A stretch of 64,000 nt of DNA from Balanoglossus misakiensis (Eukaryota; Animalia; Hemichordata). Positions 10,935 through 25,500 of this stretch are shown in pieces. The position numbers and the translations under genes were made by a program. The number at the start of each line of letters is the position of its first letter. Within the stretch, counting starts at the first letter, position 1. The notes beneath the pieces were generated by a model. It did no database searches. It was not told the DNA's origin and saw nothing but the letters and a program-made list of their open reading frames with translations. The stretch lies in contig CM082594.2 in NCBI GenBank assembly GCA_040954595.2, forward strand, positions 11,474,276-11,538,275, given 5' to 3'.

Positions 10935-13537
10935 CTATGCATTTCTTGTCTTCTGTTTGTGTTGTGCCAATGGTCTATCTCGGAAGGCGCCACCAGCGAG
11001 GTACGCAGCCCTGGCCAACCAGTCTGTCGCTGCTGCTGCGGCTGATGCTGCAGAATCTCGAGATCGTTTGGGTTGCCTAGGTCGTCTCAGTGGACCTGGA
11101 AAATTCAACAACAAAGACATTTAGATCAAAACATTTCAGCTGCAAATCTGTACTCAAGAAAACAAACAGCCATATAATAAAAGACTCGCAAGAAAAATTG
11201 CATGAAAGATAACTTACGTCTCGCTTCGGGTTTTCTGAATGAACTCTTCGGAGAGACACACTTCCTGCGTTTCCAGTTACAAGGAAGAGTTGGTGAAATC
11301 ACCCGCTTCTGGTCGCTTGGTTTGGTGTCTGGAACTGGGGAAATACACATATAGACGTTAGTGGCGCAATACACAATTTACCACGAAGCGTAAGTTTTTC
11401 AGGTGAGATGTCAGACCAACCCACCTCAAAACCATGTGTATATGCAAAACTTTTAAGTGCTTCATTTGCTTTGATGTATACGTTGTAATTTTAGTAAAGT
11501 TGGAAAAGCTTACCTTTATGGAACTTGATCTTGCTGGCGTCGACTGGCACAATCACAGCAGAGGTTGTATCCATTGGCTGAGAGCTTGTTTCATTCTGGG
11601 ACGACTTTGCGTTTGAGACTGCGCAGCCGAAACTGCTCTTTCTTGGCATTCTGTCCATCTGATCTTTGGTCTTGATGGTGACCGTGTTATTTCTCTTGGG
11701 CGCAAATTCTCTTCTTTCAGTTGCCTTCTGTTCAATTCTGTTGTTTATTGCTCGGACTTCCTCTCGGTTATTGCCATGTCTGCTGTCCGAATCATTACTG
11801 AGCTCGTCGATTGAATCATCACTGAAGGCCGAGTCTTCTTTGGTAGGGTCGTTGCTGACGTCACTGGACTGACCCCCCTCGGCCGGCGAGGGGTCTGTGG
11901 TCTTCGCACCAGTGCGATCGGGAGTCTCAAAACCAAAGCTCTGCATCCGGGTGCGACGGGTTGGCTGGGCGCCGCGGCGCTCGTCTTCGAACACGTCGTC
12001 GTCATAGTCATCTTCCGAGTCGGTCGTTGCCATGGACACCATTTTCGGAGCTTTCTTCCAAGCTTGGTGGTGACAACTCTTGAACTCGTCTTGGTCGATC
12101 TGGGTAAATGTGTCATCATGCATGGTTCCTAACATTTCGCTGAGTGTGCGGAAACCTCTCTCCGTCTGGACGGAATCTCTCCTCTCTCCGACCTCCTCTT
12201 TCTCACCCTCCTCCTCATCCTCTCCTCCAAACTCTTTTTCATTCTTACTGAATTTTCTCTTCCAGTTTTGCTCCCTCAGCTGGTAAACCGCGAACATTGG
12301 CGTTGGCGGCGCAATCTTTCTCAAAGGCCGGTCGCGGAGGTACTCATGCAGTTGTCTGCGGCGTTTCGAAGCCTCACTATTGATGGCAGTAAAACCAGTG
12401 TACTTGGTATCGTCAGTTAGGTACTTAAGTTCCAGATCAGGGTTATAATGAATGTTTTCGTATTTGTTCTTCAGTGATATGGGCACCATTTCCTCGTCAG
12501 AGCCGCCCTCCGCCTTGTCGCTCTGGTTACCCTCCTCCATCTTCTCAACCTTCTCTGGCCCTTGACCTTCGGTGGTTGGTTGAGGCGGCGCGTCAAACTG
12601 CGGAGACACCATCCCGGAAACCCCCGAATCGATATCGGGACTTAATTTGGACGGAATCTTCCATATCATTCCACCGGGCAGATCACCAGCTGTGGGAGAC
12701 AGTGGCTTGTGTCTGTAGGTGATCGTACTGGAGGGAACAAACTGGAAGAAAACGAACGAATACATTCAGGATACATGACGAAGTATTTTGTAACTAAAGC
12801 GATAATATTCAGGATTATATCATGCTGCCGTCCGCCATTCTGATTGGACGAGAGCTCAATCCACGGCTAGCAGTGGTAAAACGGGCGCCTGAACTAGCAT
12901 GCAGAGGCGAAAAATGATGTGCGGTTAAAGTAGACATACCTGATACTGGTTTTGCAGGAAAGGAGTCTGTGCATTCATGGCCAACAATTGCTGAGCGCCA
13001 GCTGGCAACAACATTGACTGATTGGGTTGTAACTGTTGACCAGGTGCGAAAATATATTGCGGTTGTTGAATCACTTGCACGGGTTGTGGTACCAGGTACT
13101 GGGGTCGATCAGCGCCCCCACACGACGTGCCAGGCTGCTGAATGAAGTAGGCTGCAGTCTGAGGGAACTGGGGTACCTGGGCATGCGCACCTGCTGGAAG
13201 AAGAATGGATTCTCTATAAAATTCTGAAATTTGCGGATTTCAAAGTCAGCAATTATTCTTCGTACACGCGTTTTGTAAACCTGTCACATATTTGCCAAGT
13301 AGACTTTTAAATCCGAGCAAAATACGTCAAAGGTGTTAGGTACTCACCGGAAACAAACTGATATTGCTGAAAAGGTTGCGAGCCGACCGGAATGATAGTA
13401 AGCGGTCCTGCTTGGTTCTGTTGTCCCATCGCCATGTTGAATTGACTGCTTTGTAAATTGTCCGTCTGAGATTGTCCCTGACCTTGCGTCGCGGGCATCA
13501 GCAGAAATTGCTGTGGATTGCCAGTCGGTTGGGTCAT
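10935..13537 (-). CDS. Uncharacterised Q/P-rich, acidic/Ser-rich, probably disordered protein, ~649 aa; exons 13537-13348, 13193-12940, 12741-11514, 11334-11218, 11095-10935
   Basis: A 1228-nt open exon plus four flanking exons join in frame through GT-AG junctions with pyrimidine-rich acceptors; start context GCCAACATG. A probable 5'UTR exon ends at the donor near 13926, with an acceptor near 13546. No family recognised. Confidence 0.8.
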
Positions 13538-16500
13538 GTTGGCGTCTTTTAAAAGAAAGAGGAAATGCGCCTTCAAGTTGTTGGACGTATAACTGTAATA
13601 TTGTTGAGCTCGCGTTTGCTGTTCGCTGCGCCCATGCCGGTAGAGCTGCCGGTCCACACATTCAAAATTCGAAAACTGCGTTTAACAGGTGTTGCGTGGG
13701 CAGTATCGGACGAAGTTGACGGGTTGAGTTTGCGCCGTTGCGACAGCTCTGCCATTATTCGAACCAGAAAGCTGGAGGTACGCTTGCGAAATTTGGTAGA
13801 AACGTCTACTGGCCGCTTGGCACACAACCGCAACCGAGATATGCGAACTGACGCAAAACAGCACGGTGAAAACCTAAAACAACCGATACGGTTCTACAAA
13901 ATTCAACATGAAAAAAACAACTTACTCGTGTCTTATCCCTGTCCCTTGTTGTCTTGTCTTCTCCAAATGCGACTTGTACAAATCCAAAAAAAAAACGGTA
14001 GCAGAGCAATGTAGTTTCTTCCACGTCTAACGACGTTGTCTTCTCGAATGCAAAAACTGACAGAATGATGGGATCGCCAATCTTTTGCGCCACTCTGACA
14101 CGTCACACCTGTTTTTGTCGCGGACACCGTCTCCGATTGGCCACATCCTTGCATAATTCCCTGGCGAGGCTAGAACAAAACAAACAAAACAATTCTTTTC
14201 ATATGTAAATACTATTGCAGCGAGAAACGGTGACTTTCAATAACCAACCCTTTGGATCCGTCATCTTACTTTTACTCAGTTATTCTTCCGATTTCGAAGT
14301 TCATATCCCATTACATGTATCAGGCGAGTTTAAGCGAAATAAGGCGATTTTCGTACAGCCAGGGTAGATTCAAAATAGCACCACCAATAATACGATGTCT
14401 GTTCTCTTTCGTTTACATGACTGTTGGATCAATTTTCAATTTTCTGGCATAGCGCCACCTACATACCCACACGTCCCCGTTCGATCATGATCACACGTTT
14501 AATCCCAATTCCAGTACATACACTTAATAAAATGTTGACTTTTCGTAACTAAATTTCAGCGTCAAAACTTTTAACACTTATGAAAAGACAACTTCTTTAT
14601 AATTTCCAGCATTTAAAAAAGTGAAATGCAGGCCCTACGATGCTTGCTAATGCTTGTCTCACGTGATTTGAAATCTCTTGCACAATTATCGATGAAAATA
14701 TTCCCATCCCTGGACCATAGTGAAAGTTATCCAATTGGCGATTCAACCACCTCAGGGTGTATAACAACAGGAATGCTTGATCATTTTACAGATCGGTTCG
14801 ATTTTTTTTGTGTGTCGGAGGAACCCTCTCCTGTTAATCATGACTTGATCTGCTATTGCCTTGGATGATAATCTCCCAAATGTTCCATCGTCAGTTTTGT
14901 ATTGATTTTGACCCGAAGATACGATTATGGAAATGTAATCTTGGCTGTCTATTGTCATCCAAAGTGCAGGAGAAGCAACGCAATCTTGTTGGCGAATACA
15001 GCCCACTGCAACGTTTCTAATTAAGTTCAAGATTAATCCCGATGAACCCTCAACTAATCAACTCAAATGTGTAACTGTTCAAATAGTTCAGTGGACGCCC
15101 TCAGTAAGCGAGCAAAGACGACGTATGTCATGGTTTGTTATATCCTGATACACTTGGTACTGATAGATGTGAACCTGGGAGAAATCAGTTATCCTACTAC
15201 CGTGTTACACCTTTTAATTGTGCTTTCATTTAGAGGGTATCTTTCAATTTGCATGTCTCTGTCTCTCATCATGCAACTGCACGTTTTTTGTAACATAGGT
15301 CTCAGTGTTTTAGAGTGAACTTACCGAGGTTGTTTTTCAACTACGTAATTGTGCCGAAATGGTTCAAATTGTGCATTTAATGAGGCAAATTCAAGTTTGT
15401 ACACGACGAATAAATCCAATTGCTGACGATTGCTCCCTAGATTACGAGAGGAAGGAATGTGAATGGTTTGCAAACATAGAACAGTAGACTGTCAGTAAAC
15501 TTCACGCCGATGTGGTTGGATGTCACAGACATGACAATATAGGAATTCCTAGGTTCACAACAACGATAACACGCGCAATTCATGAACTTGACAGCAAATA
15601 GCCAGACAAGTGTGAGAAACTCGCGCCGCGACTGCCAGAGATGACATAGGCCGATTAAGTCGCTAATACTAGATTCATTGAGTGGAGGTGGCGTACAGGT
15701 GAGAGACCACATGTGGGCACCGTGGGATCGGTATGTGTAGCAGACACGGAAGGAAACTGTCGCGGTCTTCGGGGATCACTGCGAAGTGTTTCCAGATTGT
15801 ACAAACAAGGGCGCCGCGCACTTCAATTCTCGTTGTTGTCATTCTAATCGCCCTTCTCTCCTTGATTCCACCGGTAATTATCAAATCACCTGTCGATTTT
15901 CTGTTGATAGCTAGCTTCCAGATGTGTTGTCAAATGAAATTTAATAGACTGCGCAAGAAGTGTCAACAGATAATTTGGCTAGTCTCGGCCTGTCCTGTTT
16001 GGTCTCAACAAAATGTCGGTCAGTGGTAGTTAGTCTTACACAAGTATTTATGACTGGGTCAGACGGTCATTGTAGTATTTCAACTGCCTTGGGAACGAAT
16101 AGTGTAAAATTCAGCTTGTCGCCATATGACTTTTGACTTCATTCAAGATCCAGTTAATCCGATTCTCCTTGACACGTCATAGCTGTAAGTGTTTTTCCCC
16201 TAAACGCCATATGCCAATTCTTCGCATGTAAGCAAACGCAACGAACAGTCAATTCACCTTTAGTTACTTATAGTTTATCTATTTACCGAATGATTCTTAC
16301 CATTGGTAAATTTATTATGAAGTTTCTTCATGTCGTTGCCACTTAATGTTTGGCAAGGCCACTGTGGTGTTGACTCATACTATGGTACAAATAAACGGAC
16401 AAAAAAGTTTCCGGGGACGATCCAGGAATGACAAAGCATAACAAAACTCATAACAAAACCACAAACGGTTACTCCCACACCACCAGTACCTCCGAACGAA

Positions 16501-19500
16501 ACTTCCTTATTTTGCAGACAAATAACCGATTCATCAGTGCGAATTATTAATCGATTCCATCCCCACCTGTGACCACACCTTCCAGTGGTTCACAACGGCT
16601 GCTTACATTAAAATTCCTCAGCAGGTGTTGATCACGGTGTCGGCTTCTTTCTTTCATGTTTGGCGTCGCTGCTGAGATCAAGGGCGGGAATTCTAATTAA
16701 ATTTCCCATTCCTCAAGCGTGCATCTAATGATCACTGTTTGATGACTGTCAAATCACCAAAAGACAACGTACTAATATGCGCGAAGATAAACACAACAGT
16801 TCAAAATACACCCGAGTTTCTTACATCTATATTTCGGTTGACAATCCGTGAATTTGGACGTAAAATCACAGATAATTTCCAGGCCGTAGATAAGTGTGCC
16901 TGTCGTTACATGTACCTAATTTAAGTACTTAAAAACAATGTTATACATATGGGATCGTTTTATATTTCATCAAAACCGTTTCACGCTTTTTGCACAGCGG
17001 TGACATTGTATTTCAGTATATTCTGTAAATAGTGCCTCCCCGTTAAAAATATGAGAATAATTAAACATTTTCACTACGGTGAGTGCCTATTTTTACCTGA
17101 TCTTGCCACTTGATTGCACATCTGTAATTGAACGTCTACGCTTTCATTTTGCACTTAAAGATTGTCATTTTGAAATGCATATAAAAACAAAGTACTGGAA
17201 CGGCTTTAGTTAGATTTATTTTATGTTAAAAGGTTGTAACGTATTTTTGGGCATGACAACTTGCAGTTGGTGTCGCTGTTACACAGAGAAAGAAAACACT
17301 TGGGGAAATGAAACCTTTGAAAAGAAACCACTTATGACAAAATGCTTTGAATTGGAAACTTTAATTCAAGTAGCCATGAAGGACTAGAACACGTCGCGTG
17401 ATAAACTCCTTCGTCACCGTGATGTGCCCACCACGAATCAGTCGGGGTATTTTCCACGGAATTCTGTCATTTATCATAAGAGTTAATCAGTGTTCGCACG
17501 GAGTGACAAGTTGCAAGGCTTTCAGATTGCCGACACAGAGTCAAAATGTCATTCGTCATCTCTGAAGGTTGTGTCAGTCGACTGCCAGTCAAGAAGATTA
17601 ACATTGGAATTTGTTGGCCCACCTCACATCACAGAAACAGACACACACGCTCCAAAACTCTGCCAGGTCGTTATCGGAGGACTTAGATAACATAACATCC
17701 TCCACTCAGTAATCCAAGAAACACACAAATCGTTGGATTTTTTTTGTAGAAGAAAATCTGGTAACAAACAATTTTTTCCCCTGAAAATCATGTCCAAAAG
17801 AAATTGTCTTTGCAGCTTGTTGCCATGGGCGACTTTGAAAATTGTCCACACTTTACTAACTAATGAACCTGAAGTTAATTCATCGCTTCCCGCCTTTCAT
17901 TTGATATTTAACATTGAATTAATTATTAGATTTAATTGCATGGTCGAGGGGTTCCCCGCATTCATATGGAAACGCACTTCAAAAGACCACAGATGGTAGC
18001 GAGGTGGTATCTCGTTAAGGCGGTGATTATATATTACATCGTGTGGCCGTAAGTTTGGGTGGGTTATGTTGGATTAGTTGGCTAATATATAAATTAATTA
18101 ATGTCCAAAATATATTGTTATTAGAGGAAAACTGTAATTCATATCAGTTGATACTGGAATCAAAACTTGGTTGGAATTATGTTTGTAATTTGGCTAGTGA
18201 ATTAATTCAGGCACTTATGAAAAGAATTGTTAAGGTAGTATGCCCCTCGAAAATCAAAGTATTAACCCTTTTCTCACATTTTGCTCAAGGAAACTTTTGT
18301 CGAATTCTTTTTTCGAAGTGGTATATGTACTCAAGGATATTTCTTTCGTCCTCTTAGGTTCTGTTATTCTCGGGAAAATTGCGTCAACCGAACCAACGAC
18401 AAAATAAACTTTTTAAGCACCAAAAGGTAAAGTAAAAAGAACGTGATGATTTTTAATCATAGCTGTTGAATACGGAGATGGAATGTAAGTTTTTAAGGGG
18501 AAAATAAAACGACAGGAAAGATTCGGCGTTCGACAGACCGCGATGTTATTTTTTTTAAAGGAAACAGCTTGTCAAGAAGATTTATGGTGGTAAGATTACA
18601 TTGACCAAGCCACGAATAACCAATTTAGGCATGTAATGACGGAAGGACAATTTGTCCAATATCGGAGACAACATTTGCCCATAAATCCTTTTGATTCGCC
18701 TTCTTGAGATTTCATTAAACACACTTCAGTGCAATAAGAGAAAAAGTCCCATTTGGCGGAGGGTCTTTATGACGCGCGTGTTAATGCCCCTAGACGTGTG
18801 CGGATCAATTCCACGCAGGTACAGGTCCTGAAACGCAAATAGAGCAGATATTTTGATCTCTTTGGGTGGGAATTTAATTATCGAGCCATGATTCCGGATC
18901 GATGTTTCAGAGTCGGTAATAAACGTTGTGTGTAACCTCATAACACCGATTGAAAACAGCAAAACGACGATCAAAGCATGGACAATAGCGACACACTCAT
19001 CTCCCGAATGGATATCTCTCTCGCTTGAGGTTAATTTCTCCGCGTCGCAGGGTCAGGTCCCCGAGCATTAATCTCTTGTTTGAGGGTGTAAGTTAGATTA
19101 AAGCGAGGTAGGGGAGATTGGGAATTTCTTAATTAAGGGGACAATGTAATTTTCAAATTGTCCTGCGATTGAATTGTTTCTGTACGGGCCGATGAACTTG
19201 TAATGACAGCGAAACACACACTTCACCGATCCATTATTGGCTCTTATTCGACGTAGTGTTTTTTCATTCGAAACAATTACAGTTGCCAGTCATGTTTCCT
19301 TTGATGATATTGTCGTTCCCGTTTGCCTTCAATAATTTGGCGAGCTGTTTACGTTCAAGCGTCAAATGGCGACTTTTCTGTGCCTGGAAATTTCATTTTT
19401 GACACTGACAGGAAAATTAAAAAAAAAGTAAATTGACTTTGGCATCCAGGTGAAGATTGGGAGGAACAAGGAAAGATGGCCTCGTCCTCAAACAAAATAA

Positions 19501-22500
19501 AACTTGTACGTGATTAAACGCCAAATTTAAATTTATTGTCATGGAAGTTTTGAATCCTGTTGTATAGATGATATCACTTCCAAATTCGATTTGCAGTAAT
19601 CTCCATTCAACTTCTTACGTCAGATTTTCCACTTTCAATCACTAATCAAACTTCCCATCTGGCCACCACGTTACCCGTGTCAAAGGTCAGCCGGTAGCAC
19701 GAAAGTTGCACCGAGCTCCGTCGCGCTGTCGTTTTCTGCCAATTTGCCTGCATGCCTGGTATATAATTATTAATTCCAGATTTATTGCGGTGATATGGGG
19801 CTAAATTAATGGAAGGCAGGGCGGAGTTGAGTAATATCGCTACAATTGCGTTTCTTAATTTGACAATTGAGTTTGCCTCGTTCACTTGTGTACTTTTCTA
19901 AAATTTGCGAAATACTTTACTTCGCTACTTGCTAGATATTAAAACGTGACAGGTAAAAACCCGTAAAGTAGGCGGTTATTTTTTCTTTGCATCATACCAT
20001 ATTTGGCAAACTTTTGGAAGGAAATGTACAACAGACCGGTGGCGCGTGACTCCCTATAATTGAACCAAATCGGGGAATTTAATTTGCTAGAAAAACACAA
20101 TTGATTGCTTATTCATTTGCAATTCTGTGAACTCAGGCGTAAGACTGGGAAGCGATTCCAGGACGCCACAACAGCGGTTGCACGGCCGTGATTAAAGCAA
20201 CGAGAAATGGCTACCAATGAAGGCCAGTGAAGGAGACTATCCAAGCGTTGAATAGCGTATGGCCATCATATTAATTGAATTGCCCACTTATTTAAAAACT
20301 ATAATCAACCACACTTGACGTTAACTAATCGAGATAATGAATGAATCAGTTGCCATAGAAACAATATTTTTCAGTCCTGAGCTGACTTGGGGAGGGGAAA
20401 AGAAACGTCTTTATAAATTCTTCTGTTTTTTTAGCGCAACTACCTCTTGACTCAATCCGCCCGCAGACGGTTCGCGACGCGGCCGCTTTTCAAGTTTGGA
20501 TAGCATCATCATCGTCATGAACTGTACGCATGCATAACGTTTGACACAAACATGCTTTCAGGAAGATTAAAAGTGCCCCGACTGCCAAATATTTTGATTA
20601 AAAGACAAAATGATGACGAAAATTCCGAGGCAAGTGCGCATTAAGCCTGTAATTTTATAAATGACCATAAATCATCCCTAGATAAAAAAAAACATCGCCG
20701 CGGGAAATAAAATCACCCTAGACAGGGAGATGGAAAGAATCAATTGAGACATCACGTGACTCTAAATTCTGAACTCCTCGATAATGTCGATCAATAACCA
20801 TACAATGAGAATACCGGCGTAAAACACTATTATTAGCAATCATGTAATTTTCACCCTTTAATCCTCTGACTCTTACTGGCAGTTTCAGGGCGTTTCTAAG
20901 TTTTTAATCTCCAGAATCGACACCGTCAAATGTTGGAAGACTTTACCCAATCTGTTAATTTTGTTTACTGGTATTATACATTTTTTTTCAAAAAGAAAAG
21001 GTTGTATAATTTTGCCAGTATACGTAGGATTATTCATGCCAAAATTGTTTTGGCTTGTCGGGCATTTGCTATATAACTTTGATTGCTTTATTGGACATAT
21101 TTACCGAGTAATTTATGGGAAATGTTGCTTAATTAATTACACCTTGACGATGCACCAATTAATTGATTAATTGAAACCTGGCTATCGCATTGCCATCATA
21201 GAAACTGGTCTGTACATGTACTAGCTCCGTGGTCTAAGATTTTGTTGTCAAGTTATGTCAGTGCCGTGTTTGTGAGTAAACACGTCATGAAGGACGACAT
21301 TTCTAAACACACACACCTGCAAGCAAATCAGGACACGTCTAAATTGAGGACGTCCCGGGGAACACAACAAGATAACGGTTACAGCATTCCGGGACAGAAG
21401 AAATTTTAGGAGATCCGACACAAACCAGTCTTGTTTTTCACGGATAAATGCCTGAAAGCAACAGCCTAACTGACAGAAAATAACACTTTGAAGAGTCCAC
21501 ATGCAGCTAATAAAAATTCTAAGGTCAGATTCAGTCATGTTTTTAAGGGTGTTGTGTTAGTATGAAAACCAACAACGCGGATTGATACGAAGAATGCAGA
21601 GCGCAGAAACAATGTAACTTTTGTGCGATATTTTACGGGTTGTTTGGAATCGGTTTCTTTGATTTTTTGTTGTTTTTGCCTTTAGCAAATTCGAGTGGCC
21701 GGATAGAAGTAATTAGGGAGATGTCACGTGATCGTTTATTGGTTTCGTGCGGGGATTTTCGTCCAGAGCGTGGCATGTGAATATCGATTATCGCATTGTA
21801 ATCGCCGACTATTCCATGTGGCTCGTCGATGTCCACGCCACCTGCCTGGTTGTTGCGCGTTACACGATTGGTTGAGACGATTTCTTTTTGTGCACTGCCT
21901 TTACAATTGTTTGCATAATTTTCGAGACCGCGATTTCACCTCATTATCACTATTACAATCTTTAAAATCGCAGGGCCTGTCATAAAACCGTTTAGCAATC
22001 GATTTTCTGCAGATGATACAATTATAACCACTCGATATTTGCCTTTTAAACGCTTTTTATAATGCTCTTATTGTTGTCGACATTCACAATATGAAGTAAT
22101 GTCTGGGAGAACAACAATTGCAAACCGGTTTAAACTCAACGACCCACTTCCTGGCGTCCAACGGAATGCAGGAAGGAATGGAAAACGAGATTTCGGATTC
22201 TTCTGAATATCTTTGATGCCATGGTGAAGCGTCACGTGACCAAGCGCGCACCCACGTGAGTTATGCATACACACGCATGTATAGACATTTGCGCATACAC
22301 AGGCATGCAGCGTTGTTTCTGTCACACTCCCTCGCTCTACCTTCTCTACCCCCCCCTCTTCGCCACTCTCTCTCTCCGTTGTAAATTATCTGTCTGTCTG
22401 GATTGATTTTCCCCGCCTTTGAACGTGCCGACGAGACATTGCAGATGATTTATCATGTGTTTATCGTGAGCATAATTGTTAAAATGTTACCTAGCCGGCC

Positions 22501-25500
22501 TCCCGGAATTAAATTAATCGATTTGGACCGTAAATTGTTAAATGAAAAAAAAACTTACATTGACTGAACCTTTAATGGGAATCAGCTCCGTTTTCCTGGT
22601 GTTTGGCATCCCTGAATGTCCATAACTTGTTCCTCCAAATCAGCAGCTTTTCCTTGATCACTTTCTCGAGCATGACGGAAGAGCCAGTCTGTGTGTAATC
22701 AACATTGTTCTTGTTAAAAATTGGTGTACATCTTGAAGAATATCTCATTTTAACGTTCTCTTGTTTACCCTCGCATTAGCAACATACTCGTTGTGAAGTA
22801 ACTTGGGTGGGAACTTCTGAAGAGGGTGAACAAACGCCAAATTGCAGTAGCCGGCGTTTGAAGTGTACAAGCTCATCGTCGGGCGTAACGTCGAAGCACC
22901 AGTTTGGATGCAAATTACACGAGTTGGGGACTCAGCGTTGCTATTGAAATCTCAAGAGGGGTTTTATTCAAACTGCGGGGCACACCTGGTGAAGAGCTAC
23001 CACCAGAGGTTACGCTCTGACAAAAATACACGCCGTGTGAATTCCAAGTATGACCGTGGTATAACACATACGCACTGCCCGTTATCGTGGGTAACAGTCA
23101 GCGCCACTGACGGATGGCATGGAATTTGACTTTTAGAGATATTTGTCTTTCAGGGCAGGAACGAATAAAGGCGAACATACTAGACTGTGACGATAATCCC
23201 ACAATAAGTCGGTTCGCAATCTGAGTGATTTCCGAAGTCCTTTCAGACGAACACGCGCTCGTCTGACATACCAAACACACAAACGTGATGTCGACTATCA
23301 TTCTTTCAACACATGCAAAACTTGTCACAAACGTTGTCTACCTTCATTTAAGAAAAAATCTCTATCATGTCAAATTCTACAATCATCGGCGTGAATAACT
23401 GTGAGGTACGAACAGTTCATAATCAAGGCGCTAATGTCACTTCTTTGACGCAATTATATCACACTGCATATCGCTTTAATATGTTGTTATTGGCCGCCCA
23501 ACATATTCACATCTGGCCAGACCACCGTTACGACGTATTTGTCAATCGTCATATACTTATTATATCGAAGGATTTGGGGATTTTCTAAATGGCTTAAATT
23601 AAACTAATCCCAGCCCATAATCGCCCGACAATGAGCTGGGTTGCTATGGCTTCAAAATCTGCGCCAAATTGCATTCCTGGTTGTCCAACAGCGCATGCCT
23701 CGGTCGCCTGAAAACTCGCCAACCGGTGTCTGTGAAGTAGGAGATTCAATTCCCTTGGCGTTTAGTCTTCCCCTGATAAACTCTTGAAACAGCGGATGTG
23801 ATTTGCGCCCAACAAAGTCTACAGAGTTAATCATTAACGTAGTCATTACACGTACAAGCCCACGTTTCCATGTTTAAATTATGTCGCGGAATTTTCATCA
23901 AGTACACAGGTGTTCGCCAACGCGGCGCCAAAACCCTTTGATGTCGCCGGCATTTTTGTATACATTTTAGGGGTCGCTTGTAAAATTCACACTGCTACAA
24001 AACAACATTTCCATACTGTGATATTTCCTAGTCTCGTTGGCTGATCTTCCCCGTAACGAGTAGATCCCTAAGTCAACCCGTTCATGCTGCGGTCTTGCGA
24101 GTAAATTGCATGTATTGCTTTTTAATCTTCACTCTGTCTAAATATAATATGTTTGAAAAATGGTATTCATCACAATTTGAGCAAGCCGACTTATTCTTTT
24201 TTTTAGGAAACGTAGCTTCACTATCAACACCAAGGAAATACCAATACTCTTTGTATCAATTGAAATCTTGAAAGTAGAAATACAACTATTTAAGATTAAT
24301 CTGATCGACCTTTTGTAGAATAGTATTTGGAGGTGTTCCTTGGAGTGACAGCGGCTCACTATATTCGGCCCATATGCTTGGTTCAACCCTTGGGGTCTCT
24401 AAACGTGTCAAAGAGGGGATATATCATCCCTCAAGTCAATTACTCGGGTAATTACGAAGGAGTGCAAACATGCTGTCTGTATGCCTTACGCTGTTCTCTC
24501 CCCACACCTGAGTAAACTCGGACTCGCCAGTTATAGAACAATTATGTACAAATCTCCGCTAATCGCTACTATAAATAAAAATATCTATTATTGTCGGATT
24601 ATTCGGTGCTTCGCAAACGGCTAACAGGGTCCAAGGTGTGAAAATTACATAGAGGTGGGGCGGTGTGCGTGTGAATATGGCGCTTGGCTTTTTGAGTGTG
24701 ACGTGAAATCATTCGATTGCGATTTTGAGTTTTTTCCCCTTCGCGTGTGTAGACGAGAACTGTGGTTTTCACACGGACCAGGGTATGGTTGATTAATTGG
24801 GCGTCTAGTCGCACGAAATGTTTCGGTCGTTCGGTTGAATTTGACATTCTCTTGTCAGACCTGATATTCAGGTATGTTTTTGTAGGCCAGCTATCGATTC
24901 ACGATTGGCGGGAACCGATAAAGGCCGCACATCACCATAAAAGTGCCGGGATGCCCTGGTGATGACATATCAAATCTATCGCCCTCCTCCACCCATCTTC
25001 AGACAAATTTTAGCTGTCTGGGCGCAGCCAAGATCACAAATAGTTATTTATAGATGATGTCCCTTTTCACACCTCCGTGTCATTCTAAGTAAGTTTACTT
25101 GTTTAATTTGCGAGAGAGTACAAATCGGTAAGTCACAAAACTGGATATTGGATAATGGCAATGTTTGCCAAACACAAAATAAACGCACCGTCAAAGAGTT
25201 TATTGAACGCTCTGCTTACACTGAACAGAGCCGATGAAAACACAAAGTCGGAAAAACAACAGATTTTCCCCCAAAACGTCAACATTAGAGCGAGTCTCTA
25301 ATATCCACTGTTGTTCCTTATTACCGTAACCTTTCACCCAGTATGTTTCTGCATAGGTGTTGAAATGGAAAACAAAACAATTAAAAACTGACTCGAAGAA
25401 CCTCGATGAGCCGAGTTTTCTCACCACTTTCTTTAATTTTCTATGCAGTTGCCTCCATCACTGCAGATAAGCCAATAGGAACCGAGTTTTATAGAACAGA

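Noticed and set aside
12800-12900. Intronic CATTCTGATTGGACGAGAGC segment resembling the end of a dispersed invertebrate repeat
   Set aside because: Single copy in the window with no partner inverted repeat or target-site duplication; cannot be supported without a repeat library.
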